A stretch of 39,431 bases of DNA. It comes from Piedraia hortae CBS 480.64. Taxonomy: Eukaryota. A program made the position numbers and the translations under genes. The notes under the pieces were generated by a model. The model had not been told where the DNA came from, made no database searches, and saw only the letters and a program-made list of their open reading frames with translations. Below are positions 31,801 to 39,431 of this stretch, one piece after another. The stretch spans positions 248,001 through 287,431 of the forward strand of contig MU005976.1 of assembly GCA_010093745.1 (NCBI GenBank), read 5' to 3'. How positions within the stretch are numbered: the first letter of the stretch is position 1; every line of letters begins with the position of its first letter.

Positions 31801-32214
31801 ATATTGTTTTCGTCGTTTAATCCGGATATTTGTCTACTACTGTCGTTTAAACAGCCGAATTTTCCGGTGTTGTTCCTCACGGATGCGGGCGTTACGGACG
31901 CAGGCGATCTTCGCGCCGCGTCGTTGCAAGAGGCCATCCGCTTCGCGTCAAGGTGGAATTTACTGGGCATTGTCTCCGCGGCGAAACCGTTAGTGATTGC
32001 GCCGAGACTGATTGAGGTCGTGAAGCAGTCGGGGTTGATTTGTATCTCGTATGGGGTGGAGAATAATGAGACGGGGATGGTTAAGGAGCAAGTGAGGAGG
32101 GGGATTGATGCTGTTATTGTGGATAATGTTGCGAGGGTGAGGAGGGATCTGGCGGGGGAGGATGGTGGAAATGAGGATGGTGGGGTAGGAGTGAATGGTT
32201 TGGATGGGGGGTAG
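28864..32214 (+). CDS. GDE1: Glycerophosphocholine phosphodiesterase (SPX-ankyrin-GDPD), ~1116 aa, intronless
   Basis: SPX start MKFGQNL...YIDYKGLK at ATG 28864 (the ORF track starts earlier at a GTG); ankyrin repeats GRLPLHYAA, GDTALHIAA and GWTPLFIAC; GDPD motifs VIGHRGLG, EFDVQ, NIEMKYP and FSSFNPD. Confidence 0.96.
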   Translation: MKFGQNLPRNQVPEWAHAYIDYKGLKRLIKTAQREKEAGQEPDLAAFLFMLDRQLENIDTFYNRKYGELSRRLRLLYNRYGMLSKMQGAMDKDEMDDLMATLLELRGQYRNLQWYGEVNRRGFIKITKKLDKKIPQAAAQSQYVSTKIDPKPFATNNKLALDLRSINDWLSNLGPIKEHQEDASSDTSSGSLRRMASKNAVTIPALKLEGIEKAIRQDDVVALFELLADVKFTTASQRECIYLDLLQRAITNRSLGCIEAFLSRVSSLQQDDDMNKRNCLHRIIIAIGRARALASEDEKYISAARHPVSAPPPINVAECDPDLSVGGKDLEAVKVLAFLLQHMTTEQRPAIASKDSHGRLPLHYAAQYGLVDVCQELIKYMRRWDLFSASEGTTNSAWWQESDGKLPLHLAIIGGHPKTTRVLLCIDEKTGHADIMQGGALLALATKSNFHVIVQMLVDAGVSVNYQDQSGDTALHIAARLGHEDCAKAILSAADVDVEIGEKTYGWTPLFIACVDGHMSIVKILVSHGARVLDKDQSGWTPKEHAALRGHIAIAEYLDTLGPDSPDASTDNNSLEDRTSKCVSKASNTPVKSFGHRYLTDSSLVLVSLGSMDPRKDHVPAVSFESIALNKAQSTQLDTALSIVVSAQNATGDATVIDLPVQENISTSPITFQTKDPSQVKLLFDVVHTYSGQTDKIVGRAVAILSSIKPSIGTKRMNLQGDLSVPVVASTTLDVIGTVNFNFLIITPFVHPNMSVSAERTYWKKSATHVIGHRGLGKNMPNRNSLQLGENTIDSFIAAASLGASYVEFDVQMTKDHVPVIYHDFLVSETGVDVPVHSLTLEQFLALSEHRSPPSRGQPNSEASPPTLPRRPQRSYSVDTPPSHATQDSVTSRLQLTRDFKKKGFKGNLRGHSIGSEFTTLKNLFVTLPEHISFNIEMKYPMLWESVDEEMDTYCIELNSFVDTILSTVYDYAATSNRQILFSSFNPDICLLLSFKQPNFPVLFLTDAGVTDAGDLRAASLQEAIRFASRWNLLGIVSAAKPLVIAPRLIEVVKQSGLICISYGVENNETGMVKEQVRRGIDAVIVDNVARVRRDLAGEDGGNEDGGVGVNGLDGG

Positions 32215-32280
32215 GGGTCAGTGGAGGGGTAGGATAGTTGTATATGGCTACGTCCAGAAGGGATCAGTTTCACTGTATGT

Positions 32281-33045
32281 CTACACTAAAGGAGTCACCC
32301 TCTCCGCCTCCCTCTTCGCCGGCTTCACGAGAGCCCCCTTGCGAACTTTGACCTTCTCCATCGTCGTCGGCGTCGGCTGTTCCGCATCCAACGTCACGGC
32401 AGACGTATCCCACCCAAGCCAAGTCTTCCTGATGCTAAGCGTCTTGGCCTGTACATCCCTCTTCGACGGCGTGACGACCGTAGCGGTAGCGCGTCCCAGG
32501 GGTCCCCTGCGGAATGTGTAGGAAAGTACCTTTCCCTCCTCTTGGTCGTCCTCTTGGTTTTCCCGCTTAACAACACCCGTCTTCTCCGTCTTCGGCAGGG
32601 GTATTTTAGGGAATGGACCACGAGGGGGAATGTACCGTGGCACGGGGGCGTATCCGCCTTCAGCCCGCTTCAATCTCGTTACAACAGCGGCGGTAGCGCG
32701 GCCGAGGGGTCCCTTCCTGAACCTGAATGTCGTTCCTGTACTTTCCTTCTCATCGGCGAGCTGGACGTCTCGCTTGGCTTGGATAATCAGTGGGGTCTCC
32801 TGGGTTGAGCTTGATGGTTGAGAGGGGATGGAGGTTGTAATGGGCTCGCCGCGTCGGAAATACACTTGTTGCGCGGGGAAAAGGTGTCCTTCCTCGTTGC
32901 CAATGAAGGATTCTAGTGCTGTGTGGGTTAGGTGGGTTGGTAGGTAGGATGGTCAGGGGAACGTACGTTGTTCAGCTGCGGGCACCGCTGGGGAGGCACT
33001 GACGAGGACGAGCCAGAGGAGGAGGGCTGGCAGGCGGTGGAACAT
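32281..33045 (-). CDS. Secreted repeat-containing protein with multiple KR sites (KEX2-processed repeat protein-like), ~238 aa, 2 exons
   Basis: Signal peptide MFHRLPALLLWLVLVSASP. Intron 32919-32966 (GTACGT..CTAAC..CAG) joins it in frame to the supplied ORF. Five KR sites and a repeated F-R-[RK]-GPLGRATA-x-VVT. Confidence 0.8.
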
Positions 33046-33430
33046 ATTTCTCGTGTGATTACAATGTTATTTGATGGATGTTGTGTGTTGTGCTGTGTTG
33101 TGTGAAGGGATTGAGAGGTGGTTTTTGTGTGGAAAATAATATTGTGCATTGGATCCACAGTGGGTACCTTCACGTTGCCTGGTCTGAATTTACAATTAAG
33201 GTTCGGCAGAGGGGAGGTGATTGGTCAGGCGGACAGTCCGTCGAATTAGAGTTTGCAATACACCCAATACGATCTCGTACCAATTTTCTGGTCATTACTG
33301 ATACATGACAGAGGCTATGATGACGCTGACGTATTTCATCTTCGTCATTGATGCGGCAGTACGCATCATGAAATGACTAATTCAGGAACATCATGGAGTA
33401 CAGATGTGACCGACGCTACGCTGAACGCAT

Positions 33431-33970
33431 TCAGAGGATCACCTCAGGCCAGACAAGCTCGACATCATTGTTCTCTTTGTCGTCGTAGGGGCGATTGTGC
33501 TCGCCATAAGGCTCATTGACAGCAATCCCTTGCACTATTCCACCGCGTCAGCTTGCCCACGAACCTGACAAAAGCTCCTCACCTTCAGGTTCAGGCGCAA
33601 CGGTAGACGTAATGGTCCTGATAACCGTTGTAGTAGTCGTCTTCGAAGTCGACGCCTCCGTAGTCGTTGCTTCTTGAGGATGACCCCCTGTCCCTCGTCA
33701 GCGAGGCCTTTACACAAGGATTAGAATCTTACGGTGAATGGTTATGACCTTGGTCACGGCGGGTTGTTCGAGCAAGGCATAGTAGTGGAATGTGGTGAAT
33801 GGTTTCAGTTCCTCCTCGATAGTGGAAGTGGACGAGACTGTGGCAGTCGTCGTGTTCCAGAACTTGTTCCAGAAGATGGAGGGAGCTACGTCCTTGGGTA
33901 CAACCGCTCCCAGGGCCGTGTTGGCGATGAGCGATGCACTCACGCTGAACGAGAGGATGTTGGGGAACAT
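33431..33970 (-). CDS. Small secreted Ser/Thr-rich protein, ~148 aa, 3 exons
   Basis: Signal-like MFPNILSFSVSASLIANTALGA. Introns 33688-33732 and 33535-33582 (GT..CTGAC..AG) keep the frame open to the TGA at 33431. Thr-rich tracts. Confidence 0.75.
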
Positions 33971-35130
33971 GGCTGCGGTGTACCTGCAGGAAGGAAGACG
34001 GGGTGTGAAGGAAAGTGAGAGGTATTGTCGAGGCGGGATACGCTTTTTGGGAATGGTTACGCGGCTGTCCATCTCGCTGGGACGGGTGGAACTTGTCAGA
34101 AGCTCAACGAGAGATTATCTTCGATCCCTTTCTGATGGTTCGTCATTGTAGACTTTGCTGGTATCAACAGGAGATTGTCTCCGACATTTGTCGAGCTTTT
34201 TGGCCGATTGGTATCCGGCAAAGGCAGGTAACAAGAGCGTTAAATGATCAATGGAGCTCTTCTCGTGTTATTCGTAGCTAACGACTTTGAAATCCGCATA
34301 ACGTGGCAGAGTGGATACCCAGATACAAGGGCGAAATGTGCGAGATGTAATACTCTACACTACGAACAAGGCTTCATTGGTTTGGGACCGGTTAGCAGGC
34401 CAGCCCTTGTTCTAGACCAGATCTGATCTGTGTAAAGTACAGAAGCCATCATCTAAGTTTCGACGTAGAAATTTCAGCAATTAGCGCTTACGTCTCGGCC
34501 ACCGGAACAATGATATCTGAAACAGGCTCAGAGGAGGCTTTGAACAACTCGCCTTGAAAACCCTTCAACGCGGATATGAGCCCAGATCCAAAAGTTCTCT
34601 TGCAACAAGCCGACGATAGCCATATGTCTAATGTGACGTGACAGGGGGTGGCCACGTATGTTTCCAGCTCTCCCCCGGCCCGTCGATTGAATTCCGCCTG
34701 TGATGCCTTGTGTTGAGGTTTCGAGAATTTTCGCGAAAGGTAGGCTCTGAAACAGATTAGACTACATGGAAAAAGGTCTGGTGGGTTTTCCACATGTTAA
34801 GCGGACTATTGTTGAGGCGACCAGATGCAAGACTGGCCTCGAATTCTAGTATACCGCAAGCATGTGGTCGGCCTTGCGTTTACCAACTCACTCCCGTAAT
34901 CACACAACAGCGTTGCTGGTTTAGGTACATACGACTTTGCAAGTGAGGTTATCTACTTGTCTATCAGACTCATCAGACGTGACATTACTGCGCCGATGGA
35001 CAAGATCTGAGTAAATGGAAGCATCCCATCCAGTGACAAGCACAGCAACGGCAAGAAAAGAAATTAAGAATGGTTCTCAGCACTCGCCTTTGAAGCACTT
35101 GTCTGTTCATGCCTAATAGAGCACAAAATA

Positions 35131-35460
35131 TCAGAGCTGACGGTGAGTGTTTGAAGGCATTTTTACCGGTCTGCGGCAAATGTGCCGCTTATTTTCTCCC
35201 GGTGGACATTGGCGAGAATGATGATGTACAAGGCGCACTGTCTTGCGACAACTTGGTATTGATTTCTTGCCGCCGTCCAAGGCCTTTCGATCGCGCCATC
35301 CGCCTTTGGCTACTATGTCAGCCTGGTCACGACGCAACACATCGGCCCAGAGTGCCTCACTCTTGCGCTTATTGGTAAGGATCGGGTCGCTTGTTTCGGT
35401 TAAGTGGGCATCGCAGAGACACTTGGTCTCGGTGGGGTTCCAGGCAGCCCCCTTACCCAT
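35131..35460 (-). pseudogene. Myb/SANT-like DNA-binding protein relic of the type carried by PIF/Harbinger transposons
   Basis: MGKGAAWNPTETKCLCDAHLTETSDPILTNKRKSEALWADV resembles the W...ED..LC.AW...S.DP.....QK...FW pattern. Similarity is lost downstream and no partner transposase is seen. Confidence 0.5.
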
Positions 35461-36558
35461 TGCGCTTGTGAGAGACGAGTTTATGAATGGATAATTAATA
35501 GCAGCGTGTTGCTCGAGAATGGGCAGCGGAAGCATCTGACCAGGATTAATCTGGTCAGGTTAGTAAGTTGCGTTTCATCGAAGTTGATCATGTGCAGTGA
35601 CGGATCCTGACCCCTGTGATTATGCGATTAGTCATACTCGCAGTGACATCCAATGCAGGTACGAGGGCTAAGTTTAAGCAGCCTCGACTCGACCCTCGCC
35701 CCCTTTTTAAGCCAGTGGGCTTTGGTTCCATGCTTCATAAGGTGGGGGAGATCAGGTTTGCGTTCCGTGGCCATTTCGATTGGTATTTTCCTTTGGCGAG
35801 CCTGTGATGGCGTGCGGTTGACTTGCTCTACAACCTAAGGAGATCGCGAGCTGTAAGCGGCAAAGGTGACAAGCTCTTGGTAAGGGGAAGAGTGGTGACG
35901 TTCATCTCACCACGTGAATATAGCCCCATTGTAGTTGCTCCTGTCAGAAAACAAAGACAGCGCCGAGCCACAGCGAGGTATGTATCATTTGGGTTAGTGA
36001 AATAATTGGACGGTACGCCAAGCGCAAAGTCAGGTCAGGCCGCGGTAGGCCAATTGATGATCGGTAATGCCCGCTTCAGGTCATTAAATGCATTGTAGGA
36101 TGCTTTCACTTTCACAATCTATGTGACGTTATCTTTGTGGATCGTTTCGGCGGTCGAAAATGGCTATTGAAGTTGAGAATCAGGAAGTGTGCGTTGAAAT
36201 GGCAGGAATTCGTTTCAGGTCCTGGGTTCCGGTCCTTTCGCACTTTCGAGCAGACTTGAGATACGCAGTCTCCATGTCCGTGCGATAGTGCTAACTTATT
36301 CCTCAAAAGTGAGGTTTGAGAGGCTTTTGCTCAATAAATTCCTTGGTGTCGTGGCCTTCAGTCCGTCCCACCATGACCCGCTGCTGTGCGTTTAGGGAAC
36401 CGGCGGGTCAGACGGGTCGGGCCAGAAGAGAGCGCCTGGACATTGTTTTTGATTAATTAATTCTTTAAACGTCCTGGCAGAACCTCGGGCGGGGAATCTG
36501 CGGCCTCCCGAGGGGCAACTAAAGGTAGACCGCGTGGAGAGCTAAGCCTCTTTGGGAC

Positions 36559-38294
36559 TAGGGTTGGCATCGATTGGACTTCACCTCTGTCGAGAGCTGC
36601 CTACAGTAGTTATGATCAGATGTTGACAGATCGCAATGGGTTCCAAATTCGGCGCTGAAAGCGTGAAGTGCAAGCTACATGGTGCTACGCCAGATTCCAT
36701 CAGCAAGTGCCGATAAACCTTGGAGAAAGGACCAGTATTTCTCTGATGAACCATGCTCACAATGGCTATGGTCATACATTTACAAGATGTGATGAACCCC
36801 AACTGGCGGTGCTGAAAGCATGAAGCGCAAATTACATGGCGCCACGCCAGGTTTCATCTACGTGCCGGAAGACTTGGGAGAGAGGAACAGATTTCTCTGG
36901 TTCTACCCCGGGCGCTGCTTCGTGGGCAAGCTGTCCGGAAACTAGTTCGGTATTTACTGAGGTAGAATCAAGTTCTCGACTGTCTACTCTTTGTGATACA
37001 TTCTTTCCTGTTTGATACTATTAACTCCGTTTGAAACCATCTACGTTTAGGCGAAACATCGTCTGTGAGGTAAAAACCCCGAGTTACGTGCTCATATCAA
37101 GATGCTCAAGCTCGCAGAGGCAATGGCCAACTCTCCCGGGGCCATCTCTCTGACCCTAGATGCCTGGACCAGCCCAATGCAGAACTCCAGGTTGGGCGTC
37201 ACAGCCCACTGGATTAAGGATGACTGGAAACTTGTGGACGTCGTTCTCGCCGTGAAAGACCTCAAGGGCCCACACAGTGGGGAGAACTTGGCGCGTGCCC
37301 TCGAATTCTGTCTCGATCAATTCAGCACCCGACTGGAAGTCCAGAGTATGATGACTAATAATGCGTCCAACAACGGCACCATGGCGGAGGAACTAGTGCC
37401 CAACCTGCCGATGTTTGACGAGCATCAGCACATCCCCTGCTCGGAACACATTTTCAACCCGGCTGTGCAGGCCGGATTCAAAGAGCTGGACGTCAAGGAG
37501 GCGCTGGGTGAAGATGAGGCCCTCCAGCTGGCCGATGACGTCCTGGCAGAGGTTCAAGGTGGATGGGTCTAGATGACGGCCGAAGCAAGGGCATATGAAG
37601 GAGGCCAAGTAAGATCACTTGAATCTGAACGACATTAGACTAAATCGTCTCTTGCAGTGTCTGCAACGCCAGGCGCACACCTGGCTTGTTGTTGTCCCGT
37701 CTGCGTCGCTTGGTCGCTCTTGTCAGAAAGTGCCCCCGGCAACGGGACGAGTACCGGCATCAGTGCTTGCGCCACGGCATGGACGGCAACATGGTACCCC
37801 TGGACGTCAAGACCTCGTAAAACAACACCTTGGACATGCGTGACGAGACCTTCCGGAAACGGGAGGTTCTCGAGTCCTTGGTGCGCCAGTGCGATTTGAA
37901 ATGGTACAGCCTCTTGCCCAGTCAGTGGGAGAAAGTCAGGGTCATCGTCTCCGCTCTCAAGCCCTTCAAGGACGCAACACGCTGGGTCTCTGGGTCAAAA
38001 TATGCCACTGCATCAGTGGCACTGAAAGTGTTCGCCGCTCTCCTGCAGATCATCGGCGGCTTAGCCACTACCAAGACAGACGAAAATCTCCGGTGGGCCT
38101 TCAGGGCGATGAAGCACAAATTGGACTAATATCAGGAGGTCCTCCGCTCGAAATTGTCCTTCTACGCCGCGATATTTCACGCGCACTTGATTCCACATTA
38201 GTATAGTACGCGGCCGACGTCATGCCATCGGAAGCCGTCGCGGAGGGTTTGTCATTCCTGCGTACAAGCCACTTGGCTGGTATCTCCAACCCTA
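36559..38294 (+). mobile_element. Degenerate Ac/Restless-like hAT DNA transposon; transposase relic at ~37050-38200, candidate TIRs TAGGGTTGG/CCAACCCTA
   Basis: ISLTLDAWTS, GVTAHWI, HSGENLA, TNNASNN, IPCSEHIFN, LDVKTS*NNT (from TRWNST), LKPFKDATRWVSG and AMKHKLD*Y. In-frame stops are present. The 9-bp inverted termini are at 36559 and 38294; no 8-bp TSD, so the ends are tentative. Confidence 0.85.
36651..36899 (+). repeat. Degenerate ~95-bp direct repeat (36651-36745 and 36808-36899)
   Basis: GCTGAAAGC.TGAAG.GCAA..TACATGG.GC.ACGCCAG...GTGCCG...ATTTCTCTG is present in both copies, offset ~157 bp. Confidence 0.9.
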
Positions 38295-38425
38295 GCTGAA
38301 TTTTCAAGGTCTCGGGTGAAAATCGGGGTTATGTATCACACGAACCAAAGTTTGTAAATCTATGCGGTACCTCTAACATCTCTAAAAATGTTTAACGCCA
38401 ACGCATATGTCCATGCCATTCCGTT

Positions 38426-38698
38426 CTAGCACCTTTTCTTGATCATCAGCCACTTCTTATTCTTCAAAGCGTGGGAAGGATGCAAAAGCTCCGGCTCCCT
38501 AACCGGAAGATATACCCTTCTCCTTCGTCTTCTTGGTACTTCGGAGGTTGTTCCTTCCATTCTTGCTGCGTACTTATTGACCAAATTCGTCATATGATCG
38601 GCCAGACGGCGTGCATTTGTATTTGTCCGAGACGATGGAGGACTGCCGACGTATGTGATTATAATGTTTGGGATAGATGCGCTAGATCCAGTGCCCAT
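38426..38698 (-). CDS. Possible small orphan basic protein (~90 aa)
   Basis: ATG at 38698 (MGTGSSAS...) with an Arg6 run, and a TATA-like, CT-rich upstream region. No recognisable domain. Confidence 0.3.
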   Translation of the reverse strand: MGTGSSASIPNIIITYVGSPPSSRTNTNARRLADHMTNLVNKYAARMEGTTSEVPRRRRRRVYLPVREPELLHPSHALKNKKWLMIKKRC

Positions 38699-39431
38699 GG
38701 TTTTTCTGTTTCGATGGTAGGATCTTTGTAGTGAGGATTGTTTTTGCTTGCTTTGCAAGAGATTGCAAGGGGATAGAGAATATATGAAGAGAAGGCTCGT
38801 TGTTGTCGGTTTACAATGATCCTTTGTTAGAAGCAATGTTTGTTTGGGTGTCAGTTTGCTTTGTTACAGGCCGAAATGTATACACAACAAGGTCAAAAGG
38901 TCATGCTCTCACGGGATGTAAGATTTGGAGAGTGAATGGGTCAACCAAAACCCAATTCCCTGCAACTTCTAGAGGTGAACCCATCCGTCTAGCTAGTGAT
39001 TATTTACACAAAACAGGCAAACCATTTCCTCAATAGCGAGGCTTGCCCTCACTCGGCCATAACCAACCCCCCATCAAGAACAATGCATTTCACATGCCCA
39101 CCCACTCACCCAACTCTCTTTATCCAACCCATTCGCCCATTCAAATATCAACAAAGCACCCCTCCCCTTCCTCCCAAACAATAGCCCCCATTCCATAACC
39201 ACCCCCTACCCCCCAAGCCACCACCCACCCCTCCAGAAACCAGAAAATCATCAAACCAAATCATCAAACAAGCATCCACAAATCAGCATGTCCTCCAAGA
39301 AACCCCAACTTCATCCAATCCAAACCAACAACAAGACCCCCGCCTCATCCACCCAACAACCTCCAACACCCTACCCCGACGAACCCCTATTATAATTGTG
39401 AGCAGATGTGTACCTGCATACAAATCTCTAC

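Noticed and set aside
11661..32273. Numerous antisense and alternate-frame ORFs within the conserved genes (e.g. 21050..21814, 24394..25176, 13771..14424)
   Set aside because: Shadow ORFs expected from GC-balanced, skewed coding sequence; no domain signatures.
39040..39431. C/A-rich tract as a telomere-like repeat or a short gene (MSSKKPQ..., ~35 codons)
   Set aside because: No regular CCCTAA array. The ORF is very short and close to the window edge; it is probably another skewed block.
1..39431. CRISPR arrays, tRNA genes or prokaryotic operons
   Set aside because: None seen; spliceosomal introns and the gene content show a fungal nuclear locus.

Overview
Fungal nuclear DNA, probably from an ascomycete (Dothideomycete-like; the taxon is my inference), with a very compact, intron-poor layout. 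The core (9.8-32.2 kb) is a tight block of conserved genes: a MATE transporter, Dicer-like 1, TAP42, SEC1, SUV3, chorismate mutase (ARO7), mitochondrial RNA polymerase (RPO41) and GDE1. The left flank holds hAT and piggyBac relics, a membrane-anchored lectin-like gene, decayed repeat-containing relics and a dispersed 5S rRNA gene. The right flank holds two small secreted-protein genes (one resembles a KEX2-processed repeat protein), a Harbinger Myb-like relic and a hAT element relic. The most notable signal is a ~1.55-kb decayed endogenous copy of an alpha-like/virga-like (+)ssRNA virus capping-enzyme (methyltransferase) gene at ~246-1800 (-). It meets a hAT relic at a perfect 14-bp-arm palindrome. 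A second signal is repeated, sharp C/A-rich to G/T-rich strand-skew flips inside coding sequence. All homology calls come from manual translation and remembered motifs; no searches were run.
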